Positions 26,301-36,445 of a stretch of DNA of 64,000 nucleotides are shown here, in pieces. The notes below the pieces were generated by a model that did not search any database, was not told where the DNA came from, and worked only from the letters and a program-made list of their open reading frames with translations. How positions within the stretch are numbered: position 1 is the stretch's first letter; each line of letters opens with the position of its first letter. The translations under genes were made by a program, and so were the position numbers. Source of the DNA: a virus; the IMG/VR virus record IMGVR_UViG_3300030098_002071, positions 13,759 through 77,758 of that record; one strand, written 5' to 3'.

Positions 26301-29300
26301 TTTTTTCTTTACTATTTTCTACATATCGAGGGTTTAATTCTATTTCAGTAGTTTGTATCGTAAGTTCAGCTAATTCTTTAAACGCTTCAGGGTCTTTCTT
26401 TTGTAATCTTTCTATATTATTAATTACGGGCTCAACCCTTTTCCTAAGACTAGCTTCTCTAGCTGGTTTTTGTTGTATTACTTCTTCTAAAATTTTTCCT
26501 TTTTCTTGTAAAAAACTATCAAAAGATGTATTAGCCGCAGGGAGCAACCCTCTAGAAAAAGGTGCAAACGATAACACTGCGTCTTTTATTACTCTAGGTA
26601 ATTTACTAACAAATATAGCCCAATTATTTGACTGTACTCTGGGCACGCCACTTCTGTATTGTTCAATAGTTTGATCTATAACTTCATTATTAACCGCAAA
26701 CTCGTACAAAGTAGGCATATCTTTATTTGAGATAGGAGTGCTTAGAATAGAATTTACACTGCTATAGGCTTCGTCAAATACAGACATCCTTTTTTTAGAT
26801 GGTTTAGTTTTTATAAACGGAAATAAAATACGCTTAACCGTGTCTATTATCTTGTCCCAAAAACTTATTATGGTGTCTTTAAAAGTTTTTTCTTTTATCT
26901 TGCCATCAAAATATCGTAATTCTTTTAACCGTTGTTGTAATACAGGATTCGCAATAACCTCTGCTACAAATTCTCCTATATTGGTATTTGCATTGTTAAA
27001 CATCTCAGGCTCTAAGAAAGGTTTAACGTCATTAAAGATTTGATTTAATAGATACGCAGGGCTACCTTTTTTAGGAGGTGTAATAAATGTGGAGCCATCG
27101 GGAGTTACGTTGAGGACTTGCAAAGTAGCAGCATGAGCCGCTTCGTGTAAAATTACATACGGAGTATTACCTGTTCTGGGGTTTATAAGAATTGTTCCGT
27201 TTACAAATCTGCCCCCTATATGGTCAGGTAATGAGTTGTCGTAGCGTATACCTACCGTTGAAGTTAGTGAAGTTAATCTTTTTGCAATCTTACTCATAAA
27301 AGGTAAAACTGGACTTACTTGTTCCGCTACAGCACGTAGTACATCAGGGGTATTACCGCTTTCTATAGCTAAACCTACTTTTGGAGAAGCTGGGATACTT
27401 AGTATTTTTTGTTTAGCACTTGCTTTAATCCGTTTTTGCATACCTTTAGATAATTTAAGGTCTGCACCTGCTGTGCCATTAGTATTACCGTCATGTTTAT
27501 CTATTATAGCTTCTGCTACTGCGGTTTCTACTGCATCTACAAGATTATTAAAGGCTTCTTTGCCTCCTTCTATAGACTCTAGAGCTGCTTTTTCTTGAGT
27601 TACGTCACGTTTTTTGGTAGCTTTGGCTAGTTTTGCTGTTCTTTCTTTTTCACGTTTTTCTTCTTGAATTTCAGTTTCGGTTTCAGCAATTGTTACCTCA
27701 CTAATTGGCGTTTTATATTGGGTTTTTACAATATTTGCTAACGCTATTTCATTCCGTGTCTTAGTATCAATATCTGCTGATGCATTTATTTTTTCTAGTT
27801 CTTTTGCAACTTTATTACGTAATTCTAATAAACTTTCAGATTGCCGTTTTACTTTAATTAGATCAGTATAAAGTTTAGTTACTTGCTCTATCTTTGCGTT
27901 ACTATCTCCTGTTGTATTGACAGGAATTGACTCAACAAATTTATTTTTTATACTTTCTAGTTTTTTAGAAGTTGTATTGGCATCTAGTAAGGTATCTTGT
28001 AATTGTCTAGTTACATCCTGTGTTGCTGTCCTAAGTCGTCCTAATTGTGCGGCTGTATCAAGTCCTGTTTCTACTGCTTCTAATCTCTGTGCTGCAAGCT
28101 CGGTTTGCTCACGAAGACCATAAGGAAAAGATAGTCTAAACCTTTCGTTTGCAATTCTTTCCGCTGAACTTATTGCCTCTGTATCTGCTGCACTTCTTGG
28201 TGGTTGTGCAATATTTACAATTTCTGCGACTAATCTTGACTCAGCTTGTTTTAAATTATTTTCTGTTTTTGTTAGTTTGGTGGTAATTGGCCTCCCTTTG
28301 CCGTCTTTCCCTTTTAGTTTTATTTCACTACCTGCTTTGCCATCTTCGATTATAAAATTATACTCATTTAATTTGTTTTGTATTAGCTGACTTCTAGCTA
28401 CAACTTCTCCTGCAGCTTTTTCTTCCAGCTTCGTAGCATCAGTTAATGATTTTTCTAATCCTACGAAATTTCCATCGGCATCTCTGAGTTGTTTTATTCT
28501 AGTTTTGGGGGTTGCTGTAAGGTTGTATTTTGTAGTTGCTTTTTCTAACTCCTCAAAAAGGTCTATAATTTCGTTCCGTCTTGTTTCGTTTTCATTCCCT
28601 AGAGCCCCTCTAACTTCTTCTGCTGTAAGTTGTTTAGCTTCTAATACTTTATCTATTGTTTTGTAAGCATCAGCATCCATATCTTCTGTATCTTTTAGTT
28701 CAGGAATAGCTGAATACTGTCTATCTACTATTTTTCTTGTTGCTTCTGCAGCTTTATTAGGAAACCGTTCTAATAACGCTTGATCTCTAGCTTCCAAGTT
28801 ATTGTATCGAGTGCCCTCTATACTCATTCTGTTTATTAAAGGCTCTACATTTGCAGGGTCATCTTGATATAATGTTGTCTCTGCTGTTTTTGCATTGTAG
28901 GCGGCTTGTCCTTGTTCCCATGCTGTGCCTGTCCCTACTTCAATTTTTCTACCACTTTTTTCTTTAGGATCGCCTTTTATTTTCCCTAACGCTTCTTTCC
29001 CTCTTTTTACAGCATCTTCCCTAGTATCTTGAACCGCTGCCTTCTCAATTATGCCTTGAACTTTTGTTTCCTCGTCCTTTTCCCCTCTTTTTATAAGTTC
29101 TTCTTTTAATTTTTGATTAAGAAGTTTTTGGAATATTCTATTTGCTTCCTCGCTATTCTGAGAAAATTTTTCTTGCAACTCTGGGGATATGTCTACTAAC
29201 CCAATATTTTCTAAATAATCTATTCTTTCTTGGAAATCAGTAGGAACATCTCTCATGTCCCCTTCATCTAAAAGACCTTGATTAATTGCAAAATTAGATA

Positions 29301-30504
29301 CAAGTTGGTCAAGCGAGGTATTGTCAATATTAGCACTCGTTGCAACATCCGCTGTAGTATCCGCTGTAGTATCCGCTGTAGTATCCGCTGGGTCATCCGT
29401 TGTAGTCCTTGCTGCAACCCCCGCTCCCGACCCACTAGCGTCATCTGTAGTTTGCTTAGGAGTACTAACTGGAGTTCCTTCACTTTCCGCAGGGGGAGGT
29501 GCGGATATAGCGTTAAGGGACGCACCTAAGGGAGCCCCTAATAGAAGTGCTGCAAATCCTGCTTCTGTGTATTCTTTTCTTGCATCGGCATCGGAAAGGC
29601 TTAGACCTGCTTGCGACCTTTCAGCAACCGCTTGTAGTAATTCCTGTGGCACTTCCATCCCACTAACAGTAATTGCACCTTTGAGAGCTCGTGTGCCTAC
29701 AGTGTCATCGGGAAGGGTTTTAAGTTTTAAAGTTTCTGCTATATCAGAAGCAAATTTTGTAGCTGCTTCCGGCCCTTCAAACCCTACTAATCTAGATAAA
29801 GGTTTAAAAATAAATGGGACTATATCTAGTGATGCTTGAAACCCAGAAGCTAACGCTGCTGACTCCCAATTTGGGTCTCTTATCTCCTCGCCTTGGTTAA
29901 TACGGTCTTGATTTGCTGCTGCTTGACGCTCCATGTTGTCGCCAAAATATTGAGCCGCTGCTGTAACACCAAATCCTAAAGCAGATAAAGCATTCCCCAT
30001 AGGGGTTAATCTAGCAGCTACACCAATACCTTTACCTATAAAGGACGCAGTTATAGGAGCAGTCATAAACCCAACTGAGTCTCCTGCTAGTTGTTTCATG
30101 TAGGTAAAAAATTTAGAAGAAGAAAAATCGTTCTCTTCCCCTACACCTAAAGCCTCATCAAACGAAGTCCTACTTAGAGCCCCCGGTTCTGTAGCAAGTA
30201 TAGCGTCTCTTGTAGTAGATTCTTCTAGACTAGTCTCAGCCCCTGCATAATCTAATGCTTGCCTAATCTTTTCTGGACTAAAAACACCATCTCTAACAGC
30301 ATCTAAAAAACCAGCTTGTCTGTTAGAAATTCCTTCTAAATATCTTTTACGTGCCTCTTCTGGATCATAATTTAAATAATCTAAAGGCAACCCCATTAAA
30401 TCTGGGGGGATAATTATATCTGGGTTAAATCCAGACAGATCAAGGTTTGAACTAGGGCTACTAGTTGTAGCCGAACTATAAATATCATCAAATATACCAG
30501 CCAT
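23350..30504 (-). CDS. Very large internal virion/ejection polyvalent protein (2384 aa)
   Basis: Hydrophobic Gly/Ala N-terminus, coiled coils, zincin HEAAH...EFVAE, PLxRFG-like YFALGRFG, hydrophobic C-terminus; last gene of the virion operon. Confidence 0.75.
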   Translation of the reverse strand: MAGIFDDIYSSATTSSPSSNLDLSGFNPDIIIPPDLMGLPLDYLNYDPEEARKRYLEGISNRQAGFLDAVRDGVFSPEKIRQALDYAGAETSLEESTTRDAILATEPGALSRTSFDEALGVGEENDFSSSKFFTYMKQLAGDSVGFMTAPITASFIGKGIGVAARLTPMGNALSALGFGVTAAAQYFGDNMERQAAANQDRINQGEEIRDPNWESAALASGFQASLDIVPFIFKPLSRLVGFEGPEAATKFASDIAETLKLKTLPDDTVGTRALKGAITVSGMEVPQELLQAVAERSQAGLSLSDADARKEYTEAGFAALLLGAPLGASLNAISAPPPAESEGTPVSTPKQTTDDASGSGAGVAARTTTDDPADTTADTTADTTADVATSANIDNTSLDQLVSNFAINQGLLDEGDMRDVPTDFQERIDYLENIGLVDISPELQEKFSQNSEEANRIFQKLLNQKLKEELIKRGEKDEETKVQGIIEKAAVQDTREDAVKRGKEALGKIKGDPKEKSGRKIEVGTGTAWEQGQAAYNAKTAETTLYQDDPANVEPLINRMSIEGTRYNNLEARDQALLERFPNKAAEATRKIVDRQYSAIPELKDTEDMDADAYKTIDKVLEAKQLTAEEVRGALGNENETRRNEIIDLFEELEKATTKYNLTATPKTRIKQLRDADGNFVGLEKSLTDATKLEEKAAGEVVARSQLIQNKLNEYNFIIEDGKAGSEIKLKGKDGKGRPITTKLTKTENNLKQAESRLVAEIVNIAQPPRSAADTEAISSAERIANERFRLSFPYGLREQTELAAQRLEAVETGLDTAAQLGRLRTATQDVTRQLQDTLLDANTTSKKLESIKNKFVESIPVNTTGDSNAKIEQVTKLYTDLIKVKRQSESLLELRNKVAKELEKINASADIDTKTRNEIALANIVKTQYKTPISEVTIAETETEIQEEKREKERTAKLAKATKKRDVTQEKAALESIEGGKEAFNNLVDAVETAVAEAIIDKHDGNTNGTAGADLKLSKGMQKRIKASAKQKILSIPASPKVGLAIESGNTPDVLRAVAEQVSPVLPFMSKIAKRLTSLTSTVGIRYDNSLPDHIGGRFVNGTILINPRTGNTPYVILHEAAHAATLQVLNVTPDGSTFITPPKKGSPAYLLNQIFNDVKPFLEPEMFNNANTNIGEFVAEVIANPVLQQRLKELRYFDGKIKEKTFKDTIISFWDKIIDTVKRILFPFIKTKPSKKRMSVFDEAYSSVNSILSTPISNKDMPTLYEFAVNNEVIDQTIEQYRSGVPRVQSNNWAIFVSKLPRVIKDAVLSFAPFSRGLLPAANTSFDSFLQEKGKILEEVIQQKPAREASLRKRVEPVINNIERLQKKDPEAFKELAELTIQTTEIELNPRYVENSKEKIRAYDSEGNLDETAESGEMYKKMKAKIISNADGLYNEGLEAALAEHKELQDRYNALSPEYKEAYNQMEESYKTLWNEIKKQIQPVVNRLQLQPEEKRNIITNLQNNIINRAMIDPYFALGRFGAFRLSYTHPTKLQINKSDAGTSTEPMRGVEHFETEARRNDKINELINEYASNITDPQLRTQVFKLYESRSRYGIDTREIADATVDELNAAIDKIARVDGVTQQEATATIEELGNIQEGLTVDQKITLSKMDGIIKFQESYDASFEKNIPPDSLLRGFVKTLDDNIKVVEKEGNIESIRLVKEQKKEFLDLLIASMPEVVMAGKVRLRSKPSIQGASRDIARTFVQSTDGMINKISAIQFNSKMTSTMGEIRAHIEENQGSQGDIAFPLGAEEATYYADKIAKQVEFAKNPNFSRLTNFMTATSFHWMLGLNISSGFMQFTQIPLVIIPMLLGRYGPGGGRAILKSMRYVMGTGFSRDVTDLSGKTHTVSSNPSMLNYSDKRLSQIDKEIGAPAGTVKAVLEDLRTHNHIGTSTMFDYLDISRYSTQFNKIKRAQGKLLKLSGTVFNAAEQFSREVTALSILQMEILKAKKNKKIVNGMWGGKPIAESLDEGNANRDSELGRIVRQMANGIQEMHGATALGATSQISQTNVGKVFTIFKSYGFAMYTLLFRMMANAFPRKGMTPEERAEARIARFQLSGVIGASALLAGVHGIPMFWIPELVHDILKEEGEEDFETKTRKFFGESLFDKAFGISFSSRVGWNDLVIRDGLADTSRNVYLTDRILTQLLGAPYSIATQTEKGANLMLNGHTARGIETMLPLAFRNALKSYRYASDGAKTIRGDTMVGNVSGYNVGMQLLGFSPKSVMMVAEANAQQKRIQNEIRGLESRLMNKLFLARRTYDTELFLDTYQELLELGVKDPRTNLTPKSIERRLKSRAKASTMEGGMMWGISVPKRYRASALEDFGEFDHDVNFNDLFFSGG

Positions 30505-33095
30505 TATTTATCGCCACGCATATACTGGTCATATTCCGCCAAAAATTCGCTTTCTATATGCTGTCTAGCAAATTTTCTTAAATCATTTTCTGTAACTTGC
30601 CCTTCTTTCTTACCACCGAAAAGTCTGCTCCAAAAACCGTCAGTGTATAACTTATTTTTATTAGCTTCTTTTAACTTTTCAAGAGCTTCATTTTCTGCTT
30701 GCATCGCTGCTGAAGTACCTAAGTAGTCTTGAAGTGCCTCTCTTCTATTTCCTCTATACTCTTGTGTTTTTATTGCTTTTCTAAGGGCGGCTGTAGCTTC
30801 TCTACTTTTAATCATTTCGTTAAGTCGTATTCGATTCAACTCAAAGTTTCTATCTTGATTATATTGAAGTTTTTCTCTCTCTAGCTTTCTATCTGCTCTG
30901 GTTTCCTTTCTATCTCGTAGCTTGCCTAATTCAACCAAAAGTGAAACTTCTGTTGCTCTATTTCTATAGGCTTGGGTATTTGCTTCTTGTTGTAACCTAA
31001 ATGCAAAGTCTCTTTCTCCCCTTTGAAACTCTGATTCAGCCTGTCCTAATAAGAAACGAGTTTTTGCATTTTCGTTGTCTAATTGTCGTTTTCTTTCACC
31101 TATATTCATAGCAGTATCTAAATAACTTTTACCCGCTGCAGCCATAGTGCGGAGTACGTTAGGATCATTAGAAGCTAGAGCAGTTAGGGCCGCATTGAAC
31201 AATGGCATCTGATCTAAAAATTTATCTTGTTTTTTCCTATTTAAACCTTGCTCATCTAAGAATTTTCGATAGTCTTCAAAAGGAGACTTCATACCTTCAG
31301 TTTTAGCTGCGGCTTCTATAGCGGTTGGTTTTGTATTTTTAAGGTCTTTTATTAAATTAGTTATCTGTTCTGAGATACTTTTATCTTCGGAAAATTGTAT
31401 AGCCCCATCACCTTTTATTATTGCATTGGGGTTATTGCCTAATAAACTTTGTGCCAATCTATCTCGTACTTTAGCACTATCAGAATCTATAGTAGTGGTT
31501 TGGTCATCTACCGTTGGTACTTTTACTGTTCCTGCTTCTGTTTCTGGTTCCGCTGCGATGTTAGTATCTACTTCTTCTGTTCGCTTTACTTTTTTTGGTG
31601 CATCTGTACCTGTTTCTGTTTCTCCTACAATAATTGGATCCATATATTGTTGTGCACTTGCGAGCACTTCATCGGCTTTTGAACCTTTTGGTACAACTGG
31701 AAAAGTTGTTCTATCGTCTTGTGCTTCTAAAGCTAATCTTGCATCTCTCTCTTCAGTTCCTTCTCCAAAAATAGTTGATTTTCTGCCTCTAGGTGATAAT
31801 TTAGGGTCACCTCTTTCTATTCGTCTGAATTCTTTTTCTCTTTCAGCTAATACCTCATCTGATATAAACCCACCTTGCTCTCTTATCTTGGCTACATCTG
31901 CTAAATTAGCGTCTATATTTTTTCTAAGGTCTTTTGCTCTTTTACTTTCTTTATTTTTAAGTTTTCGTAGGGAGCGTTCTTGTCTATCTATTACTTTTAG
32001 TTTAGCTAACAACTTACTATTAAGTTTTCTTTGGTCTCTTTCGTTAAGTGAAGGTGGCAACATGTTACTAGCCATACCTTCAGTTATTTTTTGATCTTCT
32101 TTTGCTCGATCTTCTTGTTTTTTCCTTTCTTCTGCTGCTAAGGCGGCACGATACGCATCGGTTTGTTGAGGTAGCATATTACTAGCCATACCTTCAGTTA
32201 TTGCTCGGTTTTCTGCGTCAGTAACAGCTTGAGTTTTTGGTAAAGTACCACGAGCATAATCAAGCATTGATTGGTAATTACGCTGATCTGGAGGAGGAGA
32301 AGGCGGAGCCGCTAAAGGATAGTCTGCAGCTAAAGTAGTAGCAAGATAAGCGGGAGTTTTTGGTAAAGTACCACGAGCATAATCAAGCATTGATTGGGGA
32401 TTTGTCTGGTCTGGAGGAGGAGAAGGCGGAGCCGCTGAAGAATAGTCCATAGTCCCTAAATTTTCTCTATCTATTTGCCTATCTATACGTCTTACATCCC
32501 CTGCTGTTTGGGCCGCAGGATTAGTAGAAAGTTCTTCATATATCTGTTTTATTCTTGGTTTTGGCTGTAAATTTTCAGGCTGTGCTAAAAGAGTATCTAA
32601 CTCCCTTTGTAGTTCTTGGTAATAAAAAGGAGATTGTACAAATCCTCGGTTTTGGAATTTAATAACCCCACCACTTCGTGCTGCCATCGTTTGAGATGCC
32701 ATTCTTTGTGCGTCTTGAGCTTGTTCAAACGCAGTAACAGCTCCGGGTATTCCTGCTTCTTGAGGTGCACTACCTACTTGATCTAAGACTTGTTGGGCTA
32801 CAGTTGGTCTTTGCTGTTTAGCTGCGGCATCAGCCATTTGAGCTCGTTTTTGTCCATCTACCCTACGCTGTAATTCTGCCATGACCATATATAAAGGTAT
32901 ATTACCGCTTGGATTACGGACGTATTTTTTAAGATAGTCCATGCTCGCACCTTTAAGTTTTTCTGCCATTTCAAACTGACCAACCATGCTATGAAAAGGA
33001 GCAGCTGAAGGCATAGAAGAACCACCGTACCCACCTATTTGTTGGTTAGCACCTGCATTAGCTCGTAGTCTTTCGTTTGGAGATTTCATTACCAT
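30504..33095 (-). CDS. Internal virion/ejection protein (863 aa)
   Basis: Position between ejection genes; helical; PTVAQQ and SGGVIKFQ motifs; internal duplications. Confidence 0.6.
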   Translation of the reverse strand: MVMKSPNERLRANAGANQQIGGYGGSSMPSAAPFHSMVGQFEMAEKLKGASMDYLKKYVRNPSGNIPLYMVMAELQRRVDGQKRAQMADAAAKQQRPTVAQQVLDQVGSAPQEAGIPGAVTAFEQAQDAQRMASQTMAARSGGVIKFQNRGFVQSPFYYQELQRELDTLLAQPENLQPKPRIKQIYEELSTNPAAQTAGDVRRIDRQIDRENLGTMDYSSAAPPSPPPDQTNPQSMLDYARGTLPKTPAYLATTLAADYPLAAPPSPPPDQRNYQSMLDYARGTLPKTQAVTDAENRAITEGMASNMLPQQTDAYRAALAAEERKKQEDRAKEDQKITEGMASNMLPPSLNERDQRKLNSKLLAKLKVIDRQERSLRKLKNKESKRAKDLRKNIDANLADVAKIREQGGFISDEVLAEREKEFRRIERGDPKLSPRGRKSTIFGEGTEERDARLALEAQDDRTTFPVVPKGSKADEVLASAQQYMDPIIVGETETGTDAPKKVKRTEEVDTNIAAEPETEAGTVKVPTVDDQTTTIDSDSAKVRDRLAQSLLGNNPNAIIKGDGAIQFSEDKSISEQITNLIKDLKNTKPTAIEAAAKTEGMKSPFEDYRKFLDEQGLNRKKQDKFLDQMPLFNAALTALASNDPNVLRTMAAAGKSYLDTAMNIGERKRQLDNENAKTRFLLGQAESEFQRGERDFAFRLQQEANTQAYRNRATEVSLLVELGKLRDRKETRADRKLEREKLQYNQDRNFELNRIRLNEMIKSREATAALRKAIKTQEYRGNRREALQDYLGTSAAMQAENEALEKLKEANKNKLYTDGFWSRLFGGKKEGQVTENDLRKFARQHIESEFLAEYDQYMRGDK

Positions 33096-34096
33096 TACGC
33101 AGTCCCTCTATTTCCTAACATGTTATACGCCCCTAATCCCGCTAAACCTAAACCCAAAGCAGTAGAAAATGGGCTAGGAGAAGGCTGTCTTGATTCCGTA
33201 CCATAAGGAGAAATAGGTTGCAGTCCTCTAATCATAGAAGAATAAAACCCAAGTTGTCTGTATGGGTAATCTTGTTGACGTAAGAAATCTTGATAATCTT
33301 GATCTAAATACCTTTGAGCTTCTGCTTGCCTTAATGTACCCGCACGTTCTAAATTTTGTAACCTTCTAAATTCTGCTTGTTGTTGGGCGGTTCCTAAATC
33401 ACCTAGAGCTTGTGCTCCTGTTATACCTAAACCAAGTCCTCGTTGTCTTAATTCTTCAGCAGTCATACGAGCTGCTCGATCTCTCTCAAACTGTTGTTGG
33501 GCTTGTTGGAACGCAGCTTCTGAGCCTTTGGCTTGTATGTCAGATAGACGAGTACCTAAATCAGAATAAAGTTTACCCTCCATGAGTCCATAACGAGAAC
33601 CACCGAATGCCCCTGCTTTTTGAGCTCGTCCAGCCATATCAGCTCTCATCTTCTCTGCTTCACTTGTAGCCTGTCTCTTAGCAATGTCAGTAACGGCTTG
33701 TTGATATGGAGACATATATTGAGCTGCTTGTTCTGCACCAAATTGTTGAGGTGTAAACCCTTGCATAGCCCCTTGGGTTGCTTGTAGAGCCGCTAATCCA
33801 GCTGCAGGAAAATAAGGAGATGCCCCCATAGATTCATACGCACTTAACGCTCTTTCCTGTGCTGGAGACATAGCTGCAATACGTTGCCCTTCATATGGGA
33901 TGTATTCTTCCGCAGCATATTTCTGAGCTTGTTGGGCTATATCTCTTGCATACGGTACTAATTCTTTTGGCATTTGAGATTGATATACGGTCTGGCTGCC
34001 GCCCCCGCCACCACCTTTACTTCCACCATAAAAAGTAAAAAGCTCCATCCAAAATCGTGGATTTATTAAGTCATAAATTTTCATATCCATTGGCAA
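33095..34096 (-). CDS. Internal virion DNA-pilot/ejection protein
   Basis: Gln/Ala-rich, YMSPYQQAV, AGAFGGSR, C-terminal GLGLAGLG. Confidence 0.65.
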   Translation of the reverse strand: MPMDMKIYDLINPRFWMELFTFYGGSKGGGGGGSQTVYQSQMPKELVPYARDIAQQAQKYAAEEYIPYEGQRIAAMSPAQERALSAYESMGASPYFPAAGLAALQATQGAMQGFTPQQFGAEQAAQYMSPYQQAVTDIAKRQATSEAEKMRADMAGRAQKAGAFGGSRYGLMEGKLYSDLGTRLSDIQAKGSEAAFQQAQQQFERDRAARMTAEELRQRGLGLGITGAQALGDLGTAQQQAEFRRLQNLERAGTLRQAEAQRYLDQDYQDFLRQQDYPYRQLGFYSSMIRGLQPISPYGTESRQPSPSPFSTALGLGLAGLGAYNMLGNRGTA

Positions 34097-34491
34097 TCTC
34101 TCTTATGCATCTCTAATAGAATTAAATCCCCACCGTCATCATGCATTCCTTCCCAACGCATTTTTTCTGTAAAACCTAATTTTATATCGTACTTTAACAC
34201 CTTGTCATTCAAACTATTAACCACACCAAACACAATATCAACCCCACACTTATTAAAAGGATAATCGAAAGCAGCGGATAAGAGAGATTTGGGCGTGTAC
34301 TTATACTCTCCCACACACGCAACATGCATTTGTACAGTTTTTCCAATCCAAGCTGTATACCCCACCACCCAGTCAATAGTGCCTCTTTTACTGTACCAAA
34401 GTAGTGATTTAAGGTCATTTGTAGGTTGTACCAGTGCTCTTTCATATAATATTCCTGCTGATAATTCTTGCGACTTTGGTTCTACTACCAT
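34081..34491 (-). CDS. GNAT-fold (DUF2824-like) virion-associated protein
   Basis: AAFDYPF...V...N......KLGF..E pattern. Confidence 0.7.
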   Translation of the reverse strand: MVVEPKSQELSAGILYERALVQPTNDLKSLLWYSKRGTIDWVVGYTAWIGKTVQMHVACVGEYKYTPKSLLSAAFDYPFNKCGVDIVFGVVNSLNDKVLKYDIKLGFTEKMRWEGMHDDGGDLILLEMHKRDCQWI

Positions 34492-36161
34492 TAAGCGGGC
34501 ATCATTACACTTACGTCAATAGCTGGAGCTTGTTGCATTGTCCCCGTTCTAGCCTTTCTTATTCTGTCCATCATATCGTATAGTCTTTCTGCACCAGATT
34601 CGCTTGACCCGTTGCCTATACCGCTAACTACATCTGCGGGAATTATAAACTCTCCTTCAGACAAAGCTACTTTTTGCATATTGTCTATAGTCCCGTACAC
34701 ATTATCTGACATGCCATCCCCTGCACCACTAACCATGCCTTCTGATATAGTAGTCAGTCCACCTTCTTGCATCCCTATTGGTGGGCCATACTCACCCCCT
34801 CTAGTACCTTCAGTTTGTTCTACTTGAGGTTGATAATCTATATATCTAGCACCCTCTGGTCGATAGGGTATCAATATACCTCTACGGGTTAAATCTTCCA
34901 TTTCCAATGCAGATAAATTTTTAGTAGGCATTAACCTGTATTCTGAAGGTTCAGACATATCCATTCTACCTGTAGATCCGGGTGGATTAACAAGTGTGTA
35001 CATAAATCCTTCAGGAGCTTTTCGATCATCAAAAGAATCAAACCCAAATCTAGGTTCACGACTACCTATACCCCCACTACCAACAGCTACCGGAGCTACT
35101 CCATAGTCTTTTTCCCCCATGTCTGTTCTCATTGTAGGTTGCATGGGAGTAGGATTGTACTCAGGTAATGCTCCTAGCCCAGTATCATAAGAAGGATAGT
35201 TTGCTATTAAAGGAGCATATGCCATAAGCCCTAAGGAATCATCTTCTACAGGACTAGTAGGGTCTACTTCCCCACCTTCTTGCATTTTATTTACATAACC
35301 ACCAGAAGCCCCATAGATACCTGACGGGTCAAAGTATTGAAATTCTCCTACATAACCCGGAGGCTTTCTTCTATATTTACGCCTCCAAGGTTCCGCTAGA
35401 CTTATGCCATATTCTTCTTCTGGTTCTTCTTCTATAGGAGTAGATGCGTAAGCCCCCAACGCTCCTGCCCCACCTAAACCCAATGTGTCCCCATAATTTA
35501 TGTTACGACCTGTTGCATCTTTAGGTAAAAAATCTTTTATACCTATTTTAGACTCAGGAATTCTTGCTTTATCGAGAAGACTAGCAGTACGACTCTTATC
35601 TACAATATCTACTGGATTTGCTACTGCTGCAGGGTTAGTAATAACTGCTCCTGATGGATTGATTGGAGGTGCATTTTGACTAGCTAGACCAATAGGAAAC
35701 TCTGAACTTCTTGTTACAGCGTCAGTTAATTGCTGGTTTACGACCTCTGTTCCGCCCTCTACACCTGAAGGCACTGCTTTTCCAGCACCAGCGAGTTTAG
35801 ACCCTAATCCATAAGTAAGTCCTGCGGTTAAGCCACTAGTTAAGGCTTCATCGGTATTACCCCCTGCTAGTAAAGTACCTAAACCTGACCCTACACCCGA
35901 TAAAGCTGCTTTAGCAAAAACACTAGAGCCCGCTAAAGTAGGAGCCATCGCTGGAAGAGCAATAGACCCTGCAATGGGTAAAGCAAACCGTAAAAAATCT
36001 CTGAACTTAAACGCTTCTGGTAGCCCTGTCTCAGGGTTAATTGTCATCTGCCCCGGAGCTAAAGATGCTATTCCTGCTACTTCTTCGGGGTTCATGTGGA
36101 CGAGCATGGAGTCCCCATACCGTCCTTTACTTGCTAATTCTTGTGCTGTTGGGTTCATCAT
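34491..36161 (-). CDS. Internal virion protein
   Basis: GRYGDSMLVHMNPEE...TINPETGLPE N-terminus; GDGMSD...LSEGEFIIPADVV..IGNGS C-terminal domain. Confidence 0.65.
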   Translation of the reverse strand: MMNPTAQELASKGRYGDSMLVHMNPEEVAGIASLAPGQMTINPETGLPEAFKFRDFLRFALPIAGSIALPAMAPTLAGSSVFAKAALSGVGSGLGTLLAGGNTDEALTSGLTAGLTYGLGSKLAGAGKAVPSGVEGGTEVVNQQLTDAVTRSSEFPIGLASQNAPPINPSGAVITNPAAVANPVDIVDKSRTASLLDKARIPESKIGIKDFLPKDATGRNINYGDTLGLGGAGALGAYASTPIEEEPEEEYGISLAEPWRRKYRRKPPGYVGEFQYFDPSGIYGASGGYVNKMQEGGEVDPTSPVEDDSLGLMAYAPLIANYPSYDTGLGALPEYNPTPMQPTMRTDMGEKDYGVAPVAVGSGGIGSREPRFGFDSFDDRKAPEGFMYTLVNPPGSTGRMDMSEPSEYRLMPTKNLSALEMEDLTRRGILIPYRPEGARYIDYQPQVEQTEGTRGGEYGPPIGMQEGGLTTISEGMVSGAGDGMSDNVYGTIDNMQKVALSEGEFIIPADVVSGIGNGSSESGAERLYDMMDRIRKARTGTMQQAPAIDVSVMMPA

Positions 36162-36445
36162 GTCGCTACTTTCAAAGTTCCACTGTCATTATAAACGGTT
36201 CCTACGGCTAAACCTGACGCTGAAGTCGGTAAATTACTCAATATTATATGTGTTTTTGATGTTGCTGTGTCAAATTCTGTATCTACAATCACCCCACCAT
36301 CGTTATCAAGTATCTGTAATCTTGCGGTTTGGAATATTTCTGGAGTGTCATAGCGAGTAAAAAACAATCTGAGCACACGGTTAAGCTCGTCTAAATACCT
36401 TCTTTCATACTGCATTGGTGGTGTAGGTAGTATTGGTATCGCCAT
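36158..36445 (-). CDS. Small virion/tail protein
   Basis: LPTPP.QY...LRLFF N-terminus; LPTSASGL..GTVYNDSGTLKV C-terminus. Confidence 0.55.
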   Translation of the reverse strand: MAIPILPTPPMQYERRYLDELNRVLRLFFTRYDTPEIFQTARLQILDNDGGVIVDTEFDTATSKTHIILSNLPTSASGLAVGTVYNDSGTLKVAT

